From the NCBI RefSeq assembly GCF_964204645.1, contig NC_134029.1, forward strand, positions 20,702,950-20,766,949: 64,000 bases of DNA, read 5' to 3'. The position numbers and the translations under genes are program-made. How positions within the stretch are numbered: position 1 is the stretch's first letter; every line of letters starts with the position of its first letter. This stretch comes from Tubulanus polymorphus. Lineage: Eukaryota > Animalia > Nemertea. Shown in pieces: positions 11,642 to 24,532 of this stretch. Below the pieces are notes generated by a model. The model did not search any database. It was given only the letters and a program-made list of their open reading frames with translations, and had not been told where the DNA came from.

Positions 11642-12628
11642 TTATTTCAAACGAATGAAAAGACGTAGAATTTCTTTACGGATCTCACTTCCTGTAGCGA
11701 TATACAGGAAGAAATTGATAGAATAATTACTTATGTATAAAACTGCGAAAATTTCATCCAAAATTTTCATCGTGTAGCCATTCGTGTTACTCGGTGGAAT
11801 CTGTATCAACCAATGCGGTAAGGTTAGGGCCAGGAATGACGTGGTCAAAATAAACATCATTACAGTCACCTTACTACTGCGTGACCTTCGTTCTCCGGAT
11901 GTGTTAGAATCAAGGTCGATTCTAAGGAGCTGACAGGTCTTTGCCGATATGGCACAGTTAAGAATGATAATTCCGATAGACGGAATGTAAGCCGAGAGGG
12001 AACTATAAAACAATTGTACATAAATCTTCATATAAGATGGGTAAGTACATCCCCTGCCCTGTATGTAGAAGATTGGTACAGATGTCTCCAATAAAGTTAT
12101 CACAACAATCATAAATATGGACATTCCTGTAACCATAATTCGCGAATTTTTGATAGTGCAAACACGCCGAACCATAAAAGGAAAAAAGACGCAAACGAAT
12201 CGTTCTGATGCGATAGTTGTCATGAACCAAGCGGATAAAGTCTGACCGGTTGTTGGTATAATTTCGAATATCAAACAAGTTGGTATTGATTCTATCTTCA
12301 CCGCGAGTGAACCACCAGTTTCTAGTGAAATGGAATTCACCCAAAATAAAAAGAAATGGAACAAAACTACCGAGTCGGTAACGGCTAATGCAGTGAGGTA
12401 AACGGAGAACGTGTTTCGTCGAAGGTTTTTCGACTGCATGAGAATTATCGTGACTGAATTGAAAATGGATCCACCGATGACTAGAACCGGTAAACCGATT
12501 GAATGCATCCAGTATTGTGACGATCTCATCTCAGAAATGTTGATGTAGCGGTTCTCGATTACAGATGGCCAGTACTTAACCGATAAGTGTGTGCTGTTTC
12601 TTGCACTATCTCCACCCATGGTCGACAA
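11642..12628 (-). CDS. Class A GPCR, subfamily A copy 3
   Basis: 328-aa ORF (325 aa from the second ATG); tandem paralog with the same motifs (LAVTD, ERF, NYSINFFLY). Confidence 0.93.
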   Translation of the reverse strand: MSTMGGDSARNSTHLSVKYWPSVIENRYINISEMRSSQYWMHSIGLPVLVIGGSIFNSVTIILMQSKNLRRNTFSVYLTALAVTDSVVLFHFFLFWVNSISLETGGSLAVKIESIPTCLIFEIIPTTGQTLSAWFMTTIASERFVCVFFPFMVRRVCTIKNSRIMVTGMSIFMIVVITLLETSVPIFYIQGRGCTYPSYMKIYVQLFYSSLSAYIPSIGIIILNCAISAKTCQLLRIDLDSNTSGERRSRSSKVTVMMFILTTSFLALTLPHWLIQIPPSNTNGYTMKILDEIFAVLYISNYSINFFLYIATGSEIRKEILRLFIRLK

Positions 12629-13156
12629 AACGTAATATGTCGTCTAAACCGATAAACCGTGCTATGTCGACATACTATGACGAGTTGTTGCGTTGTCTCG
12701 CGACAATCGCTTCCGTATATGAGGCTGCTTATTTCTTCTAACAAATTACGCTTTTCCTAAATTGTATTCACTCACCATACTTATATTTGGGTTGAATGGA
12801 TGGTTTATTTCATTATAAAGTTTATTCTAACAACACTGAATAGATCAGAGAAATAGAATCAATAACGAACAAATTATTTAGAGTATATTACATTCAATTT
12901 ACGAACGTATTTCGCAAGGAAAATTACTGATAGAAATATTTATTCAAATGACGCGTTTTACGAAACATTAAATTTAATTTGCAACGGGTCGAAACCTCCT
13001 AATGATGTCTATACAATTGCTTTTCGTAGTATGTTACAGAATCTGCATCGCTCCAGGACTGTTCAAAACATTCAATGATATATTTTGCAAATAATACTAG
13101 ATCAAGTCAAAAAAACTGTTGCAAATGCAAACACGTCATTTTCCTTTACGTTGGTG

Positions 13157-14212
13157 TCATTTCATTGAATTAACACGAGTCAAAGTAAACCCTGTATTGG
13201 CAGTTACAATACTCTGGGGATTGGAAACGAAATTGGAAAAACTTATCCGAAAAAGTTCCAAAATGGCCGCTCTGAACTTCGCTCCGCTAATGACGTACAG
13301 CAAAAAATTGATAGCGTTATTAGTATATGACAACAGGTACAAACTTTCGTAGATTAGTTCTTGGCGAATTCGTGACAAATGCTCAACCTTGCAAAGTACA
13401 TAAATAGCGAAAGGCATCGTCGTTATTAAAAAAGACGTGTTTACAACGAGCAACATGACCGTCATACTCGTGAGTTTGGAGCGACGGCTCGCAGACGATC
13501 CCGAGAGGATGCTGTTTGCCGTAACTCTTCTGTTTATTTGGCGAACGCGAAATACAATCGCGACATTGCACACGCTAAGCACAACCCACGGGATAAGCGA
13601 GTAGATTAAGAGGTCGATCCACACCCAGACTTCATTGATAAAGTGACGAAAGTGTTCGCGAGCGTAACACCACGGTTCGCCGGTTAAGAGTACGATATCC
13701 ACAGATACAAACGGATGGCTGTTCAAAAGTAATAAAAATAATCCGAGACTCGCGACAATAATTCCAGTTCTTTTCAACGAAAACCAACCTTTAGCTTTTG
13801 CAGGATTGTAAACCGACACAAATCGTTCGATAGCGATTAACACCAGTACGCTGGATGAATATTGCAAACTGAAATACATGAAAACATATCGAAATTTACA
13901 AACTACGACGCTTACTTCGTATAAACTAACATTGAACACGGCTTTTATCCAAATGGGTAACAATCCTATAAGTAACGCGCCGGTGTCGGCAAATGATAAT
14001 ATTGTCAGCAACATTCCGGTACTAGTCGTACGTAATGATTTCACAGCTAACAGTACAGTGATACTTAAACAGTTTCCGATCACACCGAGAACCACTACAA
14101 ATATGGCCGCGTACGAGTTCAAAAAGTGGATGTAACCGGCTCCGACGGGGCTGTGAGTCGGAGATGCAGGGGTCGGTGATGATGATACACTGTAGTTAAT
14201 CGCAGGCGTCAT
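13157..14212 (-). CDS. Class A GPCR, subfamily B copy 1 (FMRFamide/sex-peptide/TRH-receptor-like orphan)
   Basis: 351-aa ORF with TM1 GVIGN, TM2 LSFAD, TM3 VCK...IAIERF, TM5 IPW, TM6 FLITTMP and TM7 NNAINFLLY. A probable 5'UTR splice acceptor (TTATTGCAG) lies about 70 nt upstream of the ATG. Confidence 0.93.
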   Translation of the reverse strand: MTPAINYSVSSSPTPASPTHSPVGAGYIHFLNSYAAIFVVVLGVIGNCLSITVLLAVKSLRTTSTGMLLTILSFADTGALLIGLLPIWIKAVFNVSLYEVSVVVCKFRYVFMYFSLQYSSSVLVLIAIERFVSVYNPAKAKGWFSLKRTGIIVASLGLFLLLLNSHPFVSVDIVLLTGEPWCYAREHFRHFINEVWVWIDLLIYSLIPWVVLSVCNVAIVFRVRQINRRVTANSILSGSSASRRSKLTSMTVMLLVVNTSFLITTMPFAIYVLCKVEHLSRIRQELIYESLYLLSYTNNAINFLLYVISGAKFRAAILELFRISFSNFVSNPQSIVTANTGFTLTRVNSMK

Positions 14213-17200
14213 TTTTAGACTAACAATGATCGATCGTACCAGACGTACGTAATTACTACGCCGTAATTACGAGTAAGACGATCCTGCAATAAGTCTGGTG
14301 TCTTGGAGCGCGCAAAGAATCTTTTGAGTGATGATGATAAGTTTCCGCACAAAACAGAACACAGACACTATATCGTCTGCTAATACTATAAGCTATATGT
14401 ATCACGACGATGAATTACCAAATCGACGCCTGATTAATCTTTTGTATGGATACGAACGTTCTCCTACAAATCAAAGGGTGAATAAGGCGCTTAGGGAATT
14501 AAACGATATGATACGATTTTGAACGCAACAAGGTCTACGCAAAAATTCAACACGCACATCGCTTCTAAGAAACCATGCATCGCAAATTCGCATTAAAGAT
14601 GCTCAGTTGTTTTTCTAAAACATGGTTGGCTTGTCAACGTGACATATCCCAGTATTTATTTTCGGTAGCACGAATTGTATTTGGTTTGAGGCTGCGATAC
14701 CATAAAGATATCTATAATATCCTAGAGCCTCTTACGCGTAAATGCAAATGAATAGGACATAATCCTCCCCGGAAATGGTCACCCCGTCGCATTTGATATC
14801 TCAAAAAGTTGTTACTTTCTAGCAGTTTTTTTTTCTTCGTTGTCGCTTCGTTTCACCGCGGCTGATTGGCGTTTTTTTGCTGGTCGCGTTCTTATTATCC
14901 GTTCTCCGTATTCATATCACGTTTCATAGATAATTGTCGAGAACAATGCGATATTATCAACGCTTCAAGTCAGACAATGGGGTAATAAGATATCCTACGA
15001 AAATCATCGAAAAAAGTAGTTTCACTGATTTATGATAGTTAAACCGCGAACTCCGAAATATGAAAAATCCATGGTTAGAGTGAATTAGTTCGCCTGTAAT
15101 CGCGAACATTAGCTACGGAGCGAGACACATCAGGGGTTCTCAAATATCATACCAGCGTTTCGTCACTAAACCACCAGACAGTTCTTCCGTGCGATTTATC
15201 TTTAATCTCTCTAAAAGGGTTCATCGGAAAAAAATAACTGAATCTCTGAGTCGTCTCAATGATTAGAATTTCTATCGCTGCTGCTTATGAACTATGCATT
15301 GCACTGGCAACGAAGGAACCCAGCTGCTCATGAATATCCAATGATGATTTCCATCCTCGAAACACGGCTAATCTCAATCGCTTCATAAACCCGTACGATT
15401 GCGGTCTTAAATCGCGAAATTCCCATCAATTGGTTTCGTAGACCGAATAATTCAACTGGCGCTACCGACTAACGATGAATTTATCATTATTCATGATTGC
15501 GTCAACAGAAGTCCACGATAAATTTCTTGTCTAACAAATATTCCTTATGACGGGTTGTATAATCACCTAATACGAACAACGCCGCTTCCCTACATCGACC
15601 GGAATAACTGGGGAAATTGATCTCCTCCAATTTATTTGCAATTCGACTTTCATTTCAAGAACAAAGACATTCGATTTCACTTGGCTCTAGAAAATTTCAC
15701 GCTACGGCTCAAATCGATAGCAGAAGACAGCACTGTAAAAATAATGAAAATACAGTTTAAAACGGTGCTTTGGAACGGAGATTTTCACGAACATATCTTC
15801 AATGTATAGTACATTGAAGATATCTATCTGTTACATACGTACTTTCGTATATTCGTCATTCTTGATATTTTCCATGTACCAAATCATATATAATATTATC
15901 ATATAGATATATACATATATATAATATTATATATATAAATATCATCATATCTAATAAATGATGGTTAAATGGAAAAAAATTAAATTCCGTTGTTTATTTT
16001 CAATTTCTTTAACAGAAAAAGAAAATGCCTCATTAAAAAAATGAAATGATTACGTATTATTTCAAAGCAACACAACGTTGAATTTGTATGTTTGTACCTC
16101 TAGCGTGTTTCTTCCTATACTCATCCGCAGGTGAATTCTCGGAGAATCAATGCCGGCGAGAGAGTGACTATTTGCAACGCGAGACCAACATATCGCGTGT
16201 CGCGTTTTAGTCTTCGAAAGAAATTCGTCGAGTTCAAGTATACCTTCCGCGAAAGCGTCTCCCGGAGACAAGAGGAAAAAATGTAGAGATATATCACATT
16301 TCTGAATACATAAAATAGAATGTCAGAATCTGAGATAATCAGAATCTGAGATAAGAATATTCTTTTTGTGGTGCCATTTTTCCGCCGAGCCATGTCTCAA
16401 CCAGAAAATTCGACCATTATATTATCAAACGAATTACTACGAACACGGATATTAACATACGAAAATCAACCCATCCTTGCGTGTTCATATTCTCTCTTAC
16501 TGAATAGAAACTATTGAATTTTGTCTCGAATTTCCAAAACGACGCGACTGTTAATAAAAACCAGTAGGCGAGCTTTAGCAAATCCTTCACAGCGATGTTT
16601 TCTCGGGAAAAACATCCCTCGCCAATTGTCAGTTTTTCAAAAACATTCGGCATCAAATAACTAGTTATGTATAGGATTGGGGATTTTTTTCTGAAAGTAT
16701 GTTTCGTTGCCGGTTACAAGCAGTAATATTGCTGCATTCCTCTTTGTGACCGGAGTGAGTTTGTTTCGAGTAGCAATGCATATCTTAGTTCAGTCTCCCG
16801 GGATAATTTGAACATATCTGGCCGATACGGTTGATGAATCCCGCGGCTGGAAAACTGGAATTTTTATTGAATTTCGAGATAGAGGACGAACGAGGAAGCT
16901 TAAAATGGCACTACCACAGTGATTTGAATAAGGATTCAAAGAAGTTCTTTTTTTCCATTACTGAGCGAAAATTCATGTTTTTCACTTGACGATTGTTTTT
17001 TTTTTATATGGTTTGTTTTACCTGATTTGGTTTGGAGATTGGTTCGCAGAAATCCGGCCAAGTTCATCGATTATAATCAGTATTCCCCACGCATGTTTTG
17101 CCCTTGTTTTATCGATAATCGGCATGGAAAAAAAATAGGCGAGGCAAACATTTTTGCCCACGAAATTTTTCATCTGAACCTCGTTTTATCGATATCCGGC

Positions 17201-17483
17201 AAGAAAATAGGATGAGTAAACATTTTCCAGCTATACAGTCAGTTTCCTGGAGTTAATGGATGTGAATTTGTGCACGGCCGAACAACTCCCGTTTTCAGCC
17301 CACGTTCTATCAGTATACGCGCAAAGATTAATACAACACATGGCGTCGTGTTAATTCAAGTGAAAAAATAGCTCGTTAAAATTTGCATTAAGACGTATCA
17401 CTGTTCGTCGATCGCGGTTTAAATATAGCAGTGTCAAATTCACACGGTTTCTGACACAAGACGACGCGTCTATCGTAAACAAA

Positions 17484-18488
17484 ATGAATGTAACATCCCA
17501 GCAGTTTCTGTACGCGTATTGGCCAGCCGTAATCGAAAATAGTTTCATCAACATTTCTGAGATGGGATTGTCACAATTCTGGATGCGTTTATTCGGTTTA
17601 CCGGTTCTAGTCATCGGCGGATTCGTGTTTAATTCATTCACGATGATTCTCATGCAGTCGAAAAACCTCCGACGAAACACGTTCTCCGTTTACCTGACTG
17701 CATTAGCCGTTACCGACTCGGTAGTGTTGTTTCCATATTTTCTATTTTGGCTGAATTTCGTTTCCCTTCAAACTGGCGGTTCTCTCGTGGTGAAGATAGA
17801 ATCGACACCCACTTGTTTGATATTCGAAATCATACCGACAACCGGTCAGACTTTATCCGCTTGGTTCATGACAACTATCGCATCAGAACGATTCATTTGC
17901 GTCTTTTTTCCTTTCATGGTTCGGCGTGTTTGTACTATCAAAAATTCTCGAATTACAGTAGCAGGAATGTCCTTAACTATTTTGGTTTTTATAAGCGTCG
18001 TTATATTCAAATTGTCACCAGCGTCGTATCTACCAGCCATAGGTTGCGCGTTCCCGGCCATCGACGTATACCTTCTTAAACTACTTTTCAGTTCTACATC
18101 TGTGTATGTACCTTCCTTCGGAATTATCGTCTGCAACAGCGCTATATCGGTTAGAATGATTTGTCAATTAGGCGGCGAAAGATTTGACGACGGCATATCC
18201 GACAAAAGACGGTCGCACAGTAACAAGGTGACTGTGATGATGTTTATTTTGACCACGTCATTCTTGGCTCTAACCTTACCGCATTGGTTGATACAGATTA
18301 TAGCGTATAAATTAACGAAGAACGCTGTGAACGTTTTAAGTGAGATTTTCACCTTTCTCTACACGAGCAATTATTCGATAAACTTTTTCTTGTATATCGC
18401 CTCAGGATCTGAGATACGTAAAGAAATTCTACGAATTTTTCAGACTTTCGAAATAAACTTAACGCGGCCTTTAAGACGCTCAGAATAA
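17484..18488 (+). CDS. Class A GPCR, subfamily A copy 4
   Basis: 334-aa ORF. The N-terminal half is nearly identical to copies 1-3; TM4-ECL2-TM5 and ECL3 are diverged. Confidence 0.93.
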   Translation: MNVTSQQFLYAYWPAVIENSFINISEMGLSQFWMRLFGLPVLVIGGFVFNSFTMILMQSKNLRRNTFSVYLTALAVTDSVVLFPYFLFWLNFVSLQTGGSLVVKIESTPTCLIFEIIPTTGQTLSAWFMTTIASERFICVFFPFMVRRVCTIKNSRITVAGMSLTILVFISVVIFKLSPASYLPAIGCAFPAIDVYLLKLLFSSTSVYVPSFGIIVCNSAISVRMICQLGGERFDDGISDKRRSHSNKVTVMMFILTTSFLALTLPHWLIQIIAYKLTKNAVNVLSEIFTFLYTSNYSINFFLYIASGSEIRKEILRIFQTFEINLTRPLRRSE

Positions 18489-21400
18489 AGAACGATTGTA
18501 ATGCCAAAAATGTGCAAATAACGGATTACTGTCACATCGCTTAAGCTATTTCTCATGGAACGGCTATAAACTTTCATCTATGTTTTATGTTATCGCAAGC
18601 TGGTCTGAACATTTTTACTGAAATCTTGTCATTAACACTTCATTATCTCAAGACGTATTTCGCTGAAATGTTACTTACTTAGTCAGAGAATCAAAGGTGA
18701 TTAGTTGTTTATAGAATACATGATACATTACACACATTCCCGCTTCCATCCGCGCACCCTAATAACAAGGTTAGTAGAATAATTAGAATTAATTAGGAAG
18801 ATCAAATGAAATTTGCATCGGAATTAACGAACGATCGAACGGGACACAGGCACGACGGCAATCACTAGAAGGCGGAAAATACCGAGTGTTTATCAAAAAT
18901 TGAAGAAAACGACTCGAAAGTTCGCTCCAGGCAACACTTCGACATACAACTGAGTGATCCCGAACTTATTATCTGCATTTGTAAGGTTTTTGTGTGATCA
19001 TTAGCGCATTATAACCGGTCACATCAGTCCTATAACAACGTAAGGAGATTAAGACATTTTTTCTACATATCACGCTCCGTCAAAAATGTGCGAAGAAGTA
19101 AAGTAATGATGGCTTGAAAAAGTGTCAACGGATCAATGAGTCGTGAAATTAATTTCCTGAACACTGGTGATCGTCGATGAGAAAGCTGACTTCGCACTGC
19201 TTTGTGAGATTCTCCCGGAAAAGATTGATTAGAAAATAATGCCCTCGTTAATAAAGTTCTAATTATTAGTTTGAGCGCGGATGAAAACTAGAGTCGTAGG
19301 CCCAGTTTATATGACAGAGTACTATATAGTTTGAGGTGATGTGGTTATTGCAAAAGGGTGAGAATATTAATAAAGACAAGAGAACATCCTTTGAATAACC
19401 TTCTATCTGGCGAATCTCTACTTCTTAAGGATACCTTCAAAGAAGGCCTCGTCAAGGAGATGCAAATATATCGGTTGGTCATCTCTAACTATAAAAGACG
19501 ATCTTTGTGGACATGGACTTCGCTGTTACCTGGCTATATGTTAAGCAACGCGGAGATGTTTCTGATGTATATATATATATATTTGTCTGTTGACATCAAT
19601 AGCTTTGTCAGAAAAAAAAACCATGGGTCTATGTTAACACGAAATCATACGTATACGACTCGCTTGCAATATCATCCACCATATTCAGCCGGGGCTCGGT
19701 ATTTATAGATAAAGCGGAAAGGAAATCCCGGGTAGAAATTTGATATTCAATATCCAAAAACATCATTGCTAGCGAATATAGAAAAAATACTCATAAATTG
19801 AGTGCATTAGTGTCTATATTGATTAACCTTTTCTCTACTCTTCATTGTAAGTTGATGAAGTGTGGATAGAGACCCATTAAGGCCGCATCGTGTAAACAAT
19901 TCTTACAAATTCATCTCATTATGTTACAAAATAAAAACTAAACTGAACTAAACAAATGAAATCTCGTGAAGCTAAATATACGCCTAGCTTATACGTATTA
20001 GCCATAAATTCTAAATCGTAATCAACAATGACAGTTTTAAAGGCCTTTACAATAACCCCAGGTCCATCGGTGCACCACATTTGAAATGAGGTATAACGGT
20101 TAAATGAGGTATATTTGAAATGAGGTACACCGTAGACTGTTAATCATCGTGTATTATTGATGGGTACCGGTTAAAGAAAAAGGAAAATGCATCAACCCCG
20201 TTTCTGAGAATAGGGATTGTCCCTATAATTTATCGTATTTGAAGATTTTGTTTTGATTTGGAGTCCCTTGTAAACCTACCACACCTGGCGGGAACAAAAT
20301 AGGGGGCTTGATTTTGAAATTGGAAGAAGATTTGTGTGATCGTCGGTCAGATTTACAGAATTTTCTGTTTTATTGAATATTTCGGTTCCGGTTCATGTTA
20401 ACAATCTTGAACCGGCAAGCGACTGATTAGGTATCGACCAAGCGCAATTAAGGGCCTTCATATCAACGAATCTGATATGAGGCATAGCTCGTGTTGCAAT
20501 TGGCACTTTAATGTATCCTCTTTTCTGATAGGAATGACTTCAGGAGTTGTTCCATACAAAACTCTACTAAATCTCTCCGGTGCACTTATATAGAAATTCT
20601 GCAATCCAACCCGAGTCCCAGGTGTCTCGCATACGCATGAAGATGTGTTAGGGGCAATATTCCAGCTATGTTCGCTCAGAGCAATCGCATCCTCGCTAGC
20701 TTTGATGGGAAGAAATAAAACAGTCAACTGTAACGGTCATGATTCATTTCCCGTCCTGTTCATATAGCAACATTTCCGAAAGTTCGATGTACAGGAAAGG
20801 ATACACCTTTGTTGAATGTCTTTATTTCATGTTACGTCGCAGTAAATACTTCGACATAGAGCACAAAATGATAAATCAATTATAGATGTAATATGCGTTT
20901 GTCCTTAAACTTTTAAGTAGAAAAAAAAAACTTCCAAGAAGGGATGAATTTCGGTACACGCCAGCAGAAAGGATCTGTACCATATTTAACCATATCAATA
21001 TCAATAAAAAGAAAAACGCAAATAGAAGAGATGAAATTTTTACATCCATTCTTTTGGATAAGCTTACAGAATTGCTTCGAGCGAGGGAAAGTTCTCACAA
21101 TCTAAATGGACTAAGCTGTGACCCATGGCAAATTTCTACCAACGATAAGGTTACTAGATACTGTGTGAAATCCGAGTGCTTCAGTTGCGTGATGGGATTA
21201 TTTACTTTCCAAGCTGTGAGGGGATAAAGATGATCGACAAAACCTTCCACTTCGAAGGTGAAAAACGCAACAGAACTCCCACTTTATCCTATTTCCCGAG
21301 GATCCACTTTGTGAGAGATCCATTATTCTTCATTCTTAAATAGCAATGAAGTTAGTCTTTTTATAATAGAAGCAAAAACAGAATAGAAAGTACGAAGTTT

Positions 21401-21789
21401 AGATCAAAAAAACCTACGATGGAGCTGCATCAATACACGGCTATATGAAGCTTTCAAATGAAGATATTTCTTTTTGTTTATCAACTTTTAATCATTCATG
21501 ATATTTTCTGATATCAGATTACTGTCTTATTTCGCATGGAAACGATTTACTGCTCAGATACGCATATTATATTGTCATCATGTGAAAAACTATAACGCCT
21601 GGAATCTGGTTTAAAACTGGTGAGAGGACAGACTTTGCAAAGAAAGAGACAAATGGAAAAGAGACGAGAACTTTCTCCTTCTACGACGTACAAAAAACTT
21701 TATCCTATAGTTACTATATTTAAAGACGGATAGGGGCTTAGATATTTCAATTATTATTCAGAGGTCTCCTTTACAAGATGAAATAATGT

Positions 21790-22749
21790 CTATTTCGTGC
21801 ACCGAAAGAGTGTAGGAATTTCTTTACGGATCTCAGTTCCTGACGCAATATACAGGAAGAAATTGATCGAATAATTACTGATATACATTACAGTGAAAAT
21901 CTCATCTAAAATCATCAAGGTGCGGTTTCCTGAACCGGCTCCTAGAATCTGTAGTAACCAATGTGGGAACGTTAGTGCTATGAAAGACGTGGTCAAAATA
22001 AACATTAATACAGTAACTCTGTAACTGTACGACCGTCTTTTCTCGGATGTCTTGTCAAATTCACGGAGTTGGCAAATTTTAATCGATATAGCGCTGTTGC
22101 ATACGACGATTGCGATAAAAGGAACGTACACGGAAAGGGAACTGTAAAATATTTTTAGAACATTGGTATCGATGGCTGGAACTACGCAACCCTTCGCTTG
22201 CTGGTAGAAAACCGGTGTGAACGACTGTAATAGAGTTATCAAAACGACCATGAATATGGATATTCCCGTAACTGCAATTCGAGAATATCTGACGGTACAA
22301 ACACGCCGAACCATGAAAGGAAAATAAACGCAAATGAATCGTTCTCCCGCTACAACCGTCATAAACCAAGCAGATAACTTCTGACCGGTTGTTGGTAAGA
22401 TAGCTGCCATCAAACAGGAGGGTGTTGATTCTATTCTTATTATGAGAAAATCCCCGGTTTGTAGGGAAATGAAATTTACCCAAAACAGAAAGTGCGGTAA
22501 CAACACTGCTGAGTCGGTAACAGCTATCGCAGTCAGGTAAACGGAGAACGTGTTTCGTCGGAGGTTTTTCGACTGCATGAGAATCATCGTGAATGAATTA
22601 AACACGAATCCGCCGATGACTAGAACCGGTAAACCGACTAAATGCATCCAGTATTGTGACATTCTCATTTCAGAAATGTTGATGTAGCGGTTCTCGATAA
22701 CGGCTGCCCAGTACGAATAGCGAAACTGCTGTGATGTAGCGTTAACCAT
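21790..22749 (-). CDS. Class A GPCR, subfamily A copy 5
   Basis: 319-aa ORF with the subfamily-A N-terminus (AVIENRYINISEMRMSQYW), GERF and NYSINFFLY. Confidence 0.93.
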   Translation of the reverse strand: MVNATSQQFRYSYWAAVIENRYINISEMRMSQYWMHLVGLPVLVIGGFVFNSFTMILMQSKNLRRNTFSVYLTAIAVTDSAVLLPHFLFWVNFISLQTGDFLIIRIESTPSCLMAAILPTTGQKLSAWFMTVVAGERFICVYFPFMVRRVCTVRYSRIAVTGISIFMVVLITLLQSFTPVFYQQAKGCVVPAIDTNVLKIFYSSLSVYVPFIAIVVCNSAISIKICQLREFDKTSEKRRSYSYRVTVLMFILTTSFIALTFPHWLLQILGAGSGNRTLMILDEIFTVMYISNYSINFFLYIASGTEIRKEIPTLFRCTK

Positions 22750-23289
22750 GACGATTCAGGCGATAAACTAACAACGCAGACAACTCGCCTTAAAAGTTCC
22801 AGAATTCAGAATATATGCATGAGTCAATCAATAAGCTTTTAGGAGATTATTTCTCTAAAACTTAATGCGTTTCAGACGACAATTGTAATATAGATTTTCA
22901 TCAATGCGATAAGCGACATTTTAACTAGAACACTAGAAACTGTTTGAATGTACTTTGATTAGACTCACAACGAAGTAAAAAAAGATCGAGAAATCATGCA
23001 ATCTTTGCAAGCATTTTTTGCATTGCATTTTCTACAATAAATATCGACAAAACATGCAAATATCAGATGAAAAAATACGACAGATTTTGAATGAAACCGG
23101 GCGTTGGATTCGGCGTTCCAAAAATCTTCATTCCGAAACAATCTCTACTGAACTTAGGGTCTTTTTAAGAAGAGTAACAATGAATACGTTTCGGCGCTTT
23201 TCCGGGACTATCAAAAATTCCTTTATCAGTTAATCTTGTAAAAAAATGTAAAACTCGTGGTCTGGTCCGAATTTTTCGTACTGATCCTG

Positions 23290-23870
23290 CCATCCCCTTC
23301 CCCGGAAGGGATTCGAACCCAGATTTGAAATGAAATGATATTTCGATCTCTTGCTGGAGAGAACATCGCCAAGACACTTATCCTCTTGGCACGACCACAT
23401 CCCCCTGAGAATTTATAGTTATTGTTTCATCACTATTGTACGTTTTTTGCCTCTTGTATGCGACTAATCTAAACTAATTCCCTGGCTGTCTCTCTTCATC
23501 CGTGAACAATTGGGTACATGTGGAGTAAATTTACTCCTGAGTACCTAGTACTGTCGCTCGGGTTTTACTTCCCCCCAGGGAGAGGTGAAGGTTTGTCTGT
23601 GGATAATAAATACCAATGTCACTTCTCCCGAAAGAGAGATGAAAGATGCCCAATAAGGGATAAGCTAATGATGCCAATGTCACTTATCCAAGGGTGACGT
23701 GATTAGGCCTAAAGACTCCGACATAGAAATATCCGTTGTGAAGGCTAAAGCGTCATCATTTACCAGGGTCCAGTTGCCGCACGAACACGAGCTTCGGTGG
23801 CAACCAAACCCAGAAAAGCGGGGATGGCCGAGGGTAAAAGCATGAGCGCTACCGATCATAAGCCGTTGCG
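23290..23870. mobile_element. Degenerate SINE-like composite repeat
   Basis: Contains a B-box-like GGGATTCGAACCC and the segments CAAGACACTTATCCTC, TGGGTAC and CTCGGGTTTTACTTCCCCCCAGGGAGAG, which are shared with the SINE at 54.9-55.2 kb. Confidence 0.5.
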
Positions 23871-24532
23871 TATATTGCTAATACTTAGATACCTTCATAA
23901 TCATTTTTACCATCATTATCATGAGGGTTTACCGCTATCTTATAGAAGACAATAGATTATTCAGACAGCTAGACATTAGACAGCTACTTACAGATTCCTG
24001 TTGTTTTCCCCTCTTTACCCGCTTTCGTTTTTTTCAAAGTGTAATAAATGTTTAGACTTATCGTAAATTACTATTCAGAATATTCACCAATATTCAGGCA
24101 TTAATTACCTGCGACTAAACATTCATGAATCGTCGCCTTAAAGTCAGTGCCTGGTATTAAAAATCGTCAGGTTTGCGACGCTAGATGAACCGCCATGTTG
24201 ACGACATGTTTATCGAATTTCTTTTTTCTCATTTTGTAGCGTGAGTGACTCGTTATCAATCCGCGGTTGATGGTTTCAATTAATTATCATTTTATAAGGA
24301 AAATGTTTTTATATCTGTCATAACTCATTAACCGAAATGATACTGCGTGCGAGTTGAGTGAAATGTAGATCTTTGAAAGACTTTTCAAACGATGTATTAT
24401 ATGGTGACAATTTCTTTCTAGCAAACAGTGTAAGGGGTCGTTTTTCACGATAGCGTGTCCTATACATACGTTCAGACAGAGAGGACGTGGCCTCCCTGGT
24501 ACAGGTTAACAGTTCGCGTGTCGGTATTGTTA

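Noticed and set aside
15880-15960. AT-rich low-complexity tract, and short local duplications at ~16324-16355 and ~20080-20130
   Set aside because: Ordinary slippage-type low-complexity sequence with no further structure.
8113-22483. Overlapping alternative-frame and antisense ORFs repeated in the GPCR genes
   Set aside because: They recur only because the host genes are recent paralogs; there are no independent coding features.
23125-23232. Second hammerhead-like motif on the minus strand (CTGATAA...CGAAACGTA)
   Set aside because: The essential G8 is missing and stems I and II are poorly paired.
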